DNA of 63,833 nt, filler included, from Sluysia triapertura (taxonomy: Eukaryota), in assembly GCA_046118255.1 (NCBI GenBank). It is 5 parts of 5 records of this genome, joined end to end, with 100 filler letters (N's around TTAATTAATTAA, not from the genome) between each part and the next. Parts side by side here need not be neighbours in the genome. Positions count along the whole stretch, not along the records: positions 15,251 to 28,167 come from JBJNIA010072832.1; positions 28,268 to 40,659 come from JBJNIA010113531.1; 3 more parts are not named here. One strand, written 5' to 3'. Below are positions 25,455 to 37,474 of the stretch, in pieces. Each line of letters starts with the position of its first letter. The stretch's first letter is position 1. Below the pieces are notes generated by a model. The model worked only from the letters and a program-made list of their open reading frames with translations. It had not been told where the DNA came from and searched no databases. The translations under genes were made by a program, and so were the position numbers.

Positions 25455-26308
25455 AGCGAAACAGATGGTAATTTGATGAAACAGTATTTATATTATAATT
25501 TCTAATTTAAATTTTGTTAACGCATTCCAAGTGGCTTTTGAAATGCGAAGCAAAATCGCATTGAACTTCTGGTGTAAGTGATGTAATTTTTGACAATAGA
25601 CATCAGAAGATACTGTTTGACTCCATATTTCTTCAAACGTACAAAAAACCTTTTTATGTGTAAGCCATTTAGAGCAATTCATATTACATATTTACCGCAA
25701 CAATTTGGTTCAATAAAAGTTCAATACTTTGTCTTGATAGTAAAAAACTACAACTGAGATTATTAGGAACTTCTACTCTACTGTCAAACGCCGTATCAGA
25801 GGCTTTAAACATTATTTAAAACAATTATGCGGATGTTTCCAGTTACCATGGATATTTTTCTCTTTGAAAGTTTTGGATTGTTGCAACGTTTATATTTAGA
25901 ACATTAATATTATTATTCCGAAGATCGTTTAGATCTAGGTCTATCGTTTAAGTCAATTCATTTTCAATTGTTGTATGACTTACAGAATTTGAGTATGTTA
26001 CCATTAAGCTTATATTGTAAAAGGATGCAATGTCTAATATACACAATATAATAAGTCATCTGAAAATAAAAGAAATTTAATTTTGAAATTTAAATCTATG
26101 CTTACACATTTTTAATTATAATAATAATTAAAATAATAATTATAATTTTGTTCATATATTATAATAATTTTGTTCATATATTGACTATGCAATAAATATA
26201 TACAATAAAAGAAAAGTATAAAATATTAAGTTATAAATAATCAAATTATATATTTTATCAGTCTGCTTGTATCTTAATAATAATGAATATAACGCGAAAT
26301 TAAAAAAA

Positions 26309-26800
26309 TTATCTAATAAAACATGAAAACAAACTATAATCATTATCTTGAAATTGATTCAAATTGGAATCGTAAAATATAAATTCTTGTTTCACTGATC
26401 TTTGTTTGACTGCAGCTAAAACGGGAATAGAAGCACCAAGATATTCCAAATACAATGTATATTTAATGGTACCGTTCTTATTTACTGATGATTCATAAGT
26501 AAAATAGCTAGATGATTTGTGCGGCAAAACAACGTACTCACGGAAACGATTTGGAAGTGGAAGTAATACTTGTAAGGTAGATTCAAAAGCATTGTAAACT
26601 TTATTTTGTAAAAATTTTGGTATAGGTAGTTGGTGAACATTTTCTGGTTGATGTTTTAATCTACTTCGAATAACTCGACAACAATTATATACAAGACTCG
26701 GAAAAGTATGCCATACTTTAATAGAATGAAGTATTTGACCAGCCGATACAAATATTCTCGAATCACCATGAGCCCAACGCACACTTGATATTGGCTTATT
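26309..26800 (-). CDS. TULP4: Tubby-related protein 4 (TUSP) exon: last WD40 repeat, SOCS box and start of the tubby-like region
   Basis: NKPISSVRWAHGDSRIFVSAG, PSLVYNCCRVI...LPIPKFLQ (SOCS box), YTLYLEYLGASIPVL...EFIFYD. Acceptor ttgcag at 26801-26806. 3' boundary uncertain (possible donor at 26334). Confidence 0.9.
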   Translation of the reverse strand, partial: NKPISSVRWAHGDSRIFVSAGQILHSIKVWHTFPSLVYNCCRVIRSRLKHQPENVHQLPIPKFLQNKVYNAFESTLQVLLPLPNRFREYVVLPHKSSSYFTYESSVNKNGTIKYTLYLEYLGASIPVLAAVKQRSVKQEFIFYDSNLNQFQDNDYSLFSCFIR

Positions 26801-27566
26801 CTGCAAAACAAAAAAGATATTGAGTTTAATTTTATAATACCATTTGAAGTAAGGGCTACAGTAATTTCGATTTAAGATTAAAATTAAGTCTCCAAAGTCG
26901 CAAAATTTTAGAAATAATTTCTATTATCCATGGGATTTCACGAAACAATTATAAAGCTAAATACATCAATTAAAATTAATTGTAGGTGGTAAAAAATCTA
27001 AATTTGAAAAAAACAAAAATAAATATGAAATAAAATATGAACTGCATCACGAAAAACTGTTTATTACCAATTGAAAAAAATATCAAATTATATAACTTTT
27101 ATTAATAAAGATACAACAAAACTAATTGTACATTCATTGATAACTAGTACTCAATTAGCAAGAATAATTTTTCCAAGTATTATATTATAAATGCAAAAAT
27201 CTATATGTTTTATCATCATGGATTTATTAATCACAATGCTTTTACAAGTTACAATTAATATATCTAAATTATTTACTGATCCAATTGTATCATTAAAATC
27301 TAAAATTAGTATTTTACTGACCTTGTTTTTGAATGACGTATTATATTTTAATATATTAATGTATAAACAAATAATTAGCATAGCGTTGCTTTATTTTTTA
27401 ATGTATACATAATAATCGCACAAGCTTTCATTTAAAAAGTTTTCAAAACATTGTCTTATAAATAATAAACATTTAAATAAATATAGATATTTGTTGTGAA
27501 ACATTTCGTCACAAATTATTAAACAATGTTTATTATAGGTACAAAAATATTAACTATAATTATTAC

Positions 27567-27808
27567 CAAAGAAAAAACTGGTATAAAATATATAAGACTT
27601 CCTTGAATCGAATATAGTTTTAAATAACACTGGCATTCAAGATTCGCTGATCTGACAAATCCACCTACAGCTAATACTGATCCAGAAGTATTCCACGAAA
27701 TACTAGGTCGCGTTAGTCCAGTATCAATACATAAAGGTGACATGTCGTCAAGATTTTGTAATAGAAGCACATGACCACTGGAAAAAGATACTGCCAAATA
27801 AAACCCTT
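27567..27808 (-). CDS. TULP4: TULP4 WD40 exon
   Basis: LAVSFSSGHVLLLQNLDDMSPLCIDTGL...WNTSGSVLAVGG...LKLYSIQG. Acceptor tttcag and phase-0 GT donor join in frame to the 26800 exon. 5' exons not seen (assembly gap upstream). Confidence 0.9.
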
Positions 27809-28103
27809 CTGAAATTTTAATATTAATATAATGTATATAAATGTAATAATAATATATATAATATATAGGCTTATCAAACTTTAAACATAGTTTATGACTT
27901 TTATTTACTTTGTAAATTACTTGTAAATTTTACGAAATTCTAAAGTTCATAAAACTTTTACTAAATTATTCCAAATTAACTTTATAATCGATTAGTTTGA
28001 ATTATTTAAACTTTCACAATAACTTAACTAGTTTCAAAACCCCACAATATTTCTGTTCAATTTGCAGCTCCTCTCTTGGATAATTACTGGATAATAATAA
28101 TAA

Positions 28104-28104
<1 letters not shown>

Positions 28105-28167
<63 letters not shown>
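28105..28167. repeat. (ATT)n microsatellite at contig end
   Basis: About 21 perfect units. Confidence 0.95.
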
Positions 28168-28267
28168 NNNNNNNNNNNNNNNNNNNNNNNNNNNNNNNNN
28201 NNNNNNNNNNNTTAATTAATTAANNNNNNNNNNNNNNNNNNNNNNNNNNNNNNNNNNNNNNNNNNNN
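28168..28267. other. Assembly spacer
   Basis: 44N-TTAATTAATTAA-44N. Confidence 0.98.
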
Positions 28268-28337
28268 CATTATGAGCGGGGCGGGTATTAGTACCCGTTT
28301 TATGGACTGTCACTTAAGGATACCCGCTCATAATGTG
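28268..28337. mobile_element. Minimal piggyBac-type MITE / hairpin
   Basis: CATTATGAGCGGG ... CCCGCTCATAATGTG followed by TTAA. Body similar to 38857-38910. Confidence 0.7.
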
Positions 28338-29077
28338 TTAACATTTAAATACTACTAGTAGTTCAAGTAAATTCATTAACATTTCATACATTTATCATTA
28401 TTCAATTTTTTATCAGACCTTCACCAGTAATATATTTTATTCAAGCATACATTTATTAGTAATCAGAGAGTAATATACATTTATCATCATTCAATATTTA
28501 TTCACATGCAATCAGCTAATTCAAAATCTAGAATTCAATTCATTTAAAATTCAATCATTAGAAATAATAATAAAGAAAACTACTTGTGGAGATTTGAAAT
28601 GTGTCGTGTCAAAAATTGCTACATTTTGTAAGTACGAATAAAAAATCAGTATAAATAAACATATATCACATGCTCTTTGAGAATATAATTATATTTCTCA
28701 ACTAATTAAAATTAAATATTATTTAGTGAATCAAATGAGTTTCAAAAATAGTAACTTTATTTTATAATTTTTAATGAGATGTATTATTTATAAACTTTAG
28801 TATACATTCAGATAAGAATTAAAACCAATAATATTACAAGATAAATTAAAAGCCTTTATTAATGTAACAAAAATTATACAAAAATTATTTTTCTGTAAAA
28901 TAACGTAAGCATAATGCCAAACATTTTAGACAGCATAATGATTATGATGGTGAAATATGTGTTTGAATTTTTGTACTTTTAATTTTTCTTATTGTAATTG
29001 CAAATATATTCCATAATTTAGTGAAAAATCTAAAAAATAATTAATTACACTTAAAGAAAAAGTTTTAGTATTTTACT

Positions 29078-29253
29078 TTAACGGTACTCGTCTTTGTGTT
29101 TGTCAAATACAAGTCATTCTTTTTTCACTGTGTAGTTTTCTCGTCTTGCATTTCACTTATCTTTTTGCTCTTGTTTTTGGTTTTTTAGGTAATGACTTTC
29201 TTCATATTGGTTTTGTTTTACGTTGTGCAAGTTTAGTTTTACGTTTAGTTGGT
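29078..29253 (-). pseudogene. Lys/Arg-rich basic (protamine-like or H1-tail-like) coding relic
   Basis: PTKRKTKLAQRKTKPI*RKSLPKKPKTRAKR*VKCKTRKLHSEKK; one frame with two stops. Confidence 0.35.
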
Positions 29254-30439
29254 TTTATATTAGAATAATACTCAACACAATACTCAATAAAATCTCTCTA
29301 ATATTGTACGTTAATATTCAATACTTTTTAATTAAAATATTTAAAAATGAAATGCTTGCTCCAATCGCATGCCTGAATAAGTCAAATGTGTGAATATAAC
29401 CTAATAATTCTTGAATAAATAAAATATTTTAGAATAATATAATGCTCATTAATTGAATGATTGAAAAGAAAGTAAATGAATAGTAGAATTGAAGGTTTAA
29501 AAATAAGCTGTAAAGTGTAATAATACTTGCATTAATGTTTTAATAAATTAATCCTGAAACATCAATAAAATTTTAAAAATAAATCTAATCTATTCTTTTC
29601 ACTTATTACCACTATTAGATTTCAACCATTATCGTCATTGTTATTACGATTTTCTTAGGAAGGGTAATTCTTGAACCTACTTCATTATACATTGCAGAAG
29701 AACCATAACATGAGAAAAATGATGAAATTACTCTGGGAAATGTTGGAGTTGAACTTCAAAAATTGAATTTAATGATAAAATCTGTATTTGTATTATAATA
29801 AATAAAGTGTATTATACTAAATAAAGTATAAAATGTAAATGAAGTTATTTAAATTAAAAATTGTGTATAAATAAAATTAATTAAATTAAAATATAAATTG
29901 TGTAAATTAAATAAATTGTAAACATAATATAAAATAAATTTCAGTTTTTAATTTTGTATTTTAATATTTCAAAATAAAATTTACAATATTAATTTTTGTT
30001 TCAATCGATCAAATAATATCAACACCTAAATAAACAAGATGGATGCTTATAAAAAGAACAAAATTTGCAAATAAAAGCACACACAATTAGGACACAGGAT
30101 TTTTACGTAGTATTATTCGACATGATTTTTCAACAAGATTTTTAACATGATTCTATATTTGGCAAAGCTATTATCGAGAACTTTAATTATGTTCAGAAGT
30201 AAGTTTAATTGATTCTCACTTTATACAGGAGAAATTTAAAATATTACTTAAATTAATTAGTATTTTATCCTAGACCTTAACTTTTAATTTTAAATTTTCA
30301 AGTACTAAGATATAGAAATCTTAAGTCTCGTTTTAAGACTCGTTTATTATAATATCTGTCATTAATTGAGTGTATCCATATAATTGCTTCTCATAATTGA
30401 AGATAATATATTTTTTGAGGCTTATACGTATTATTATTA

Positions 30440-30640
30440 CTAGATAAAATATATTGTCATTTGCTAGGCCGTAATAAGGCTAGCTTAAATTATAATTTTT
30501 AATTACGTGATTGACAGCGAATATCTTAATATTTAGTTAACAACTAAGTGACTGACTTTTACATTCCTAATAGGACGTCATCTTCGTAGGTGTAACTCGT
30601 ACTTATTAGGCGAACTGATCTCCAGATATTTTTGTAAGAT
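30440..30640 (+). repeat. Dispersed repeat, inverted copy of 42890-43140
   Basis: CTAATAGGACGTCATCTTCGTAGGTGTAACTCGTACTTATTAGGCGAACT matches the reverse complement of 42912-42962; flanks also align. Confidence 0.85.
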
Positions 30641-31479
30641 TGGGATTATTTAAGAGAAATCTTACACTACAATTTAAGTGTTATTTGAAACTCAAAATAT
30701 AGTAAATATGGTATTATGGTAGGAGGTCGTGTTGATAGAATTGTGGTTGCTATTATGAAGTACAATAATCTGTTTTTAATTATGCTTTTGTTCAAATGGA
30801 TCTACGATCTTTATCAGATCACCATATAATTTAAACATATGTTGGCAACAAATGTCACAATTATTTTTCGAGTGCTATAATTGATAAAGCAATAATTATA
30901 TCATTTGGTTATCGTCGGTTCATTTACTTTGTATAGAATCTAAATTAACTCGAAAAATAAATGTTAGTGGATCTCAATTAAGTGCTTTAATGACTATTAA
31001 TGATTATTACAACTAGAATGTCCTTGTCATAGTAATATTATTTGTTCGAGAATTGGCGAACATTTGCAAAAGAATTATCGTATAGGTGCCTTCGATTATC
31101 GCCATAAAATGCTAAAGTGGAAAGATCAAGAGTAGTCAAACTATTTAGTTTTAAAGTTTCTTTTGTTTAATAATAATAATTTGTTTTATTACTATTTAGG
31201 CATAGATATCACAGTGGGATCCATTGTTTAAATAAACGAAAGTTTCTGCCGCCTTAAGCCGAGCTTAAAAAAATTATTTTTAAAAGAATTAATTTCAATT
31301 ATATTTGTTGTAGTATTGAGATTTTTTATGTAAAATTAATTTTCATAGTTTTTAGTGAAATAAAAATTAAAACTTTGTTACTATAAATTTTATTAAGTAA
31401 AGATCAAATGTTTATTTATTATAACTTTTATTATATCTTTATTGTGAACCTTGACGTGTTATTAACTTAAATTTTAATT

Positions 31480-31647
31480 TATATTAGCGGATTATGACTT
31501 TATTGGTTATGATGTTGTAAATATAACTGAAATGTGATGGTGAAAATATGAGATTTGACGTGATGTAAGTGAAGCATGTAGAAATGTATTGTGTATGATT
31601 GTTGTTATAAATGTAATATGATCGCAGTGGCAGGCTGAACCACCACA
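31480..31647 (+). mobile_element. Solo-LTR-like element, copy E
   Basis: G/T-rich tract ending GGCTGAACCACCACA. Confidence 0.5.
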
Positions 31648-33540
31648 TCTCAAAATAATAATATAATAATAATAGCTAAATAACTAATAACAATAATGTA
31701 ATAAAAATAATAGGCTTTATTCTAGATTTTATTTTGCAAAATAAAGAGTACTTTGTATTCATCAAAAGAAAAGTGAGCAAATAGTACATAGGGACTCAGA
31801 TTTTAGTATTTAAATAAAGCTATTGTGCATTACTCATTGTTTAAAAAATTTTTAATTTAATTGATAAATTCTCAATTCCTACTGCAATCATTATTTCAGT
31901 TGTAATAATTATTCCAATTTTGTGGAATACTAACAAAAATTTTTAATTGAAAACGCAAACTTTTTCATCGAATCTTATTTTAAAGCCGTTAGTATAATAA
32001 GTTTTAATCTTATTTAATATCAGATGAATATTCTTACTCAAATCATGTAATTACATTTTAATTAAAATTTACTTTATTCAATCTATGCTCATTTTTTCGA
32101 TAAATTAGAATATATTATTAGTTCAATTAACCGCCCAAATATGAAAACTACTCACACCATTTTTGTAAATCTTTTTTTAAATAAGGATACAAATACATTA
32201 ATTTTTGTAAATCTTTTCACGTCAGTTTAAATACGACGATAAAATCTAGCTTTTCGTCCTTGTTTAAAAAGGACTGATATATTTTATTTAAATTTAAACT
32301 ACTTGAATCTAGAAAATTAATTCTAAAACTCAACCAGAATTCACATAGCAATCACTACGCAATCTTTATACAGTTACAAGATTGCTGAATTATCAGTATT
32401 CGACCTCACTTGACTATTCTAGACTTAAATCCCGTGGACGACCTTTAAATTGTGTAAGACTGAGATCACAGGCAAACTCTTAAACAATTGTTATTGTAGG
32501 ATTTCATTAGGAAGCCATATCAAATGTATATTGTCATCACTACTCTAACTTTTAAAGATGATGCTCTTAATGATAAAGTAAAATTAGAGAATGGATTTTG
32601 AGAACTTTTGTGATACCTATTTTTTCATTGTAATTTTTATGATTGTTTCTATTCATATCATACATTTGTATCCTAAATTTTTATTGTGTTCGTAATTCGA
32701 GCGGTTCATATTATGATTTTGTATAATTATTTTTGGAGTTTCAGTCATCCTTATAAATATGAAAAATTAATTATATTATTTAAAGTTAACTAATTGTTTC
32801 GACCTACATTGTGCTTTACTTATTTTTAAATTTTTTTATCTGCAACTTTTTTTCAATTTTGTACTATGAATACAAGTATCTGTAATATACAAAAGCATTG
32901 GTAATTTAAATTAATTTTTTTATTAATTCCAAAACCTTTAAACAATGAAAAATATTTCCAATATTGATATCTTTTCTTTAAAAGTCATTAAAACATAAAA
33001 TTAGTTAATTATTCTGCTGATTTGAAATTGGTTGACGATACTTCGTAGTAGTAATTAATTCTCCGTCGATGATTCTGAAGAGCAGTTCAAATTTTTGCCG
33101 AATCAGATTTTAATTAACTGAACTACTCGCTATTTCTTCGGATACTTATAAGCGAATCTGTGATATACGATAGGAAATCAATATTTTCCAATTTGTCTTT
33201 AATTCACTTTATTGCCGTATTTCGACCAGATTTATTATGATACTCAGATTATCTGTTATGCCACTAAGTTAATCATTGTATCAGTGATCTTGCCTAATTG
33301 AATTTGACATATCTAAAAATAAATAAAATTAAAAATTAAAATACTTACGATCACAAATAGTACAATCACATTATATTTATTAAATAAAATAACATTAAAA
33401 ATTTCAATCATTTCGAAAGTTGAAGATTTACTAATTGTATCGGTTTATAAAACCAAAATAATTCAAATAATGATTAAAATTCAATAGTAGTACCAAGAGG
33501 TAGTTACTTTGATAATGTTTTATTTCAGACAACAAATAAG

Positions 33541-35511
33541 ATGCAGGTTGTCAAATCAGCTCTCAAGGCGGGCACTATTCGTTTAGATGATACTTCCTCC
33601 TGTGGTAGTAGCAGTCGTAAATCAACTGCTCCAAATTCTATTAACAATCGCCATAGTAACAATTCAACTACTGGTTCAGCTTCTAAATTGTTTCTTTCCG
33701 ATTCTTACTTATATACAACAGCCAGCAGTAGTTGTAATAGTCATAGTGGTTCCAGTTGTAGAAGTAGAAGTAGTGATATTAGTGAAAGTATTAATTCTGA
33801 CATTGAAGTAGATAATGATAATTCTACAAGAATTAATTCAATATCAGCTTCATATCCAAATCGACATAATCGAAACAGGTATCATAACAAATCCAACGGA
33901 CCGTCTTATCAATTAAAACAACGTCGTAAAAATAAAAAACAAAAAGACCTTAAAAATAATACTAATACTAATAATAATAATAATGATAATAATAATATAA
34001 TTGATAAATCTAATTCAACGTCATCACCACCATTATCATCATCAACTAATACTTCAAACACAAACACTGATAAGAATAAAATGGAACAACACACAACACC
34101 GTTGACAGTAGATATTCCACAAAATCATTTCAACAATGAGTTAGGAAGTACTACAGGTGGTGAGTCTGTTGATTCAAGTCAATTTAGACCTTTATCACGC
34201 TGTTCTCAACCATCTCCTATGATTACAACTAATACTGTTATGGATCAAAATCAACTTGCACACAAAGAATTATCACCTAAAAAACGTTAGCTTTTTTAAT
34301 ACACTATTATTTATTTTTTTCATTTTGATTGTTATATTAATTAAATATTAACGTAATTGTAATTTTTCGACGAAAATAGCATTAGAATTTTCCTTGCGTA
34401 CGTAATTGATATATGCTTAATTAGGGTTTATTATTGTTAAAGTTTGTCTGATAATGTTTTAGTTTATTATTTTAATTATTTGAAATTCGGGATGTAAAGG
34501 TTTTGAATAAACTTGTAAATTGTTATGAGCATGTTTTGAAAAGTTTTCGAGATTGTTGTTTATTTACGGGAAACCGAAAAATCAAAAATCAAATTTTATT
34601 TTTAAAAGAGATTCTCTCTACATATTCACATATATTTTCTTTAAAGGATTTATGTTATTTTATCAATTACGATCATTATTTTATTGTAGAAGATTAGTTA
34701 TCATTAATTGAAAAGCGAATAGCAATTTCTGAAATAAATATTTAGTAAAATATTCTGTTTGAGATATTCAGCATAATAATATTTCCAAAGCAAAGCAATA
34801 TTTTTTAAAATTTATCTAATCTTACACTATCTAGATTACAAATTTCCTTGACAAATAATTTCACATAATTTTTCATACGTTTTGATTAATTTGTCGCAGA
34901 ATAGCAAAATCTACCGTTTGAAAAAATTAAATAAAAATGTGAATTTTTTAATCAAATTTATGTAGCATTATAAATCCAATATTTTTTGAATTATAGATGG
35001 ATCAAATGAATCGAAAATCGCAGACACTCCACCGTCTTCCGGTCCACCTTTTATTAAATTAGTTAGTCCAGTTCAATATGTATCTTCACCAATAAATTCA
35101 TATCCTCCAACACCACTATGTACCTCTTCATCTGCTTTATCTCCTAAAAAACAACCACAATTGCAACCGTCTGTTATCAGTACACCAACACCAGCTTTAG
35201 TACCATTAACAACTATTACAAATATTACAAATCTTCCAGCATCTAACACAGCCGCCTTTTTATCTTTACCGATTTGTCGATGGTCAGTCAATGATGTGTC
35301 GGAATTCGTACGTAGCACTCCTGGTTGTGAAAGTTACTCCAGCTTATTTTGCAGTCATGAAATTGATGGTGAAGCTTTATTATTGCTTAGTAAAGATAAC
35401 TTAATACAAGGTGCACTTAATATGAAAATAGGACCTGCTTTGAAGTTATGTGCTCGAATTGATAAGAAACGAGCTCAAGACGAATTAGATGGGTATACTG
35501 GACAATTTTAA
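33541..35511 (+). CDS. Polyhomeotic-like Polycomb group protein with C-terminal SAM (SPM) domain; exons 33541(or 33529)-34285 and 34997-35511
   Basis: Ser/Asn/Thr-rich region, a phase-1 GT-AG intron (34286-34996) that joins in frame, and terminal WSVNDVSEFVRSTPGCESYSSLFCSHEIDGEALLLL...LNMKIGPALKL, typical of Ph/Scm SAM. An in-frame acceptor at 33528 suggests further upstream exons. Confidence 0.88.
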
Positions 35512-35535
35512 TTTTATTATTATTTATATTAGTAT

Positions 35536-37474
35536 TGTTGTATGATGATTATTTTGAAAAATTAGGTTTTGTCGTAATATTGAACTATTAGTTAAATTTG
35601 GATTGTGAATTTATTTAGAGTTATGAATGTAAAAGTTCTGAATTTGATATTTTATTTCTTTATTAAATTGTCTACCACAGGTTATTTAGACTAATCAATG
35701 CATGCAGTCAAAATTCTTTGACAGAGATTTGGAACACTGGAAATGAATATTGCAACAAATCGAAGAACTAATAAAATTGATTTCGTTTTTAATGTTTGAA
35801 ATAACTCTTAATCAGATGGATTTAGAAAATATCTTTAAGGCTCTTGATTTGTCCTTTAGAGAAGCTTAAGAAAATTAGAATTAAAGAATTTTCCAACATT
35901 TGATGATTGCGTAACTGAAGCGAGAAAAGTATTAGTAAAAATATAAGTTTTAGAAATATCTAAGTTCATAACTATTTTACCAAATGATATGATACACAAT
36001 GGGAATAGACTATGGAAAGAAAACGAGTCTAGATTATTTAGTCGGAGCGTGCAGACAATACTTAAATATAAATAAATCATGAATCTCACGAGATTGTCTT
36101 CAGAGCACGCGATGGTGACTCTTGTAAACCTTGACACTAACATGTGTTAAATGTTCTTAAATGTTCTCGGCCATATAAAATTTTTATTTGTTTTAAATTC
36201 CAAAAACAAAGACTGCTAAGTAAATGATAATAATATATTGTTCTCAAACTGTAGTAAAGCACGAAATATTATTGGCTGACACAATGCGTTGGAACAATAT
36301 AAGAATGGTATTGCAAAAGCTATTATTCGTGTTAATGAATTTGAATTTGATTGTTTTGTGATAAACAAGCTTCAAATTGGAATGAATGCGATAAACAATT
36401 TAAGAGTACAATTCGTTTTAGTAAAATCAAATGAGATGTGAACCTTTATGCAAAAATATAATTCGGATGTTTGATTAGTAAAGGAAATATTCCAAGAATC
36501 TGGATTTCTACGGAAATCGAAAGTAGCTAATGAGTAGATTATATTTAATGATAAATGGCGTATGGAATGGTATTAAAAAACCACTGAAGCTCCTTAATAT
36601 TTACCAAACCACTTGCCATCATTTCCTATAGAGAGAGCTAAAAATAAAATAAACTAGATTCATTAGATTGAGCTAGGAATTATAATGATAAAGTCATGAA
36701 TGAATCAGTAGGATCTATTCCAATCTTTGGAATGATGCAGTAAAATAAAGATAAAGTATGTCTTGTATTTGATTTTATATTGATTTTTATAATGGTTCAC
36801 CTGATGTATACCAAGAAATATTGTAAGAATATATCATAAGTCTATGTGCAAATTCATGTAGGTATATCTATGTGTTGTTATTCATCTTACATAAAACTAA
36901 AAAATATGTTAAGTATAATGAGATTTGGCCCAATGATTATGACAGAAATAGTGACAAGTATATTGAATCATAGTTATGTGGTACAAAAAGCAGCAGTATC
37001 GTAAACTGATGTAATTATTAAAGTTTGAATTAATATACATGTATCGAGAAAGAATTTCAACAAAGTATGTTAGAATTATGGAAATCAATAATTATGAAAT
37101 TGACGAAGTAGTTAAATAGAAATGAGCAAAGAATTGCTGTGGACAGCTTGCAAGAATATTTTCTGTCTTTGGCATGTTCCTATTTAAACGACTGAGACGT
37201 TCTTGAGATTTATGAATCGCACGAGAAAATGAATTGGTTATTAACTGATTATTATTACATATTAACTGATAATTTTATTTTAAATATAAATCGCATTAAT
37301 AAAAAGTTAAAGTGAAAGGCTTTTAAATAAAATGAAAAATGAAGATCTGTGTAAAGTTATAGTACTGTCGCACGATGAAAGTTCGGATACTTAGCAAATA
37401 TTAGATTTGGGTTTTTGAATGCATTTATTGATCTGAATTTGATATTTCATTTCTTTATTAAATCATATATAACA
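35536..37474 (+). mobile_element. Degenerate Gypsy LTR retrotransposon with both LTRs (35536-35679 and about 37348-37474)
   Basis: LTRs share TCTGAATTTGATATTT(T/C)ATTTCTTTATTAAAT; TGTTG...AACA termini; TSD AGTAT/ATTAT. Ordered remnants: protease CSQTVV, FNDKWRMEW, GSIPIFGMMQ*NKDKVCLVFDF (GLIPLMAVxQxNKxKVRPVMDY), SYVQIHV, MRFGPMIMT, S*TDVI (YIDDI), INNYEIDEVVK (RNase H). Confidence 0.85.

Noticed and set aside
32250-32620. Possible LINE RT motifs (LFKK, IRPHLDYS)
   Set aside because: Only a few short motifs; too weak to call without an alignment.
33587-34094. Hydrophobic alternative-frame and antisense ORFs over the Ph-like exon (also 35073-35318, 59232-59453, 8576-8776)
   Set aside because: Shadow ORFs of real low-complexity coding sequence.
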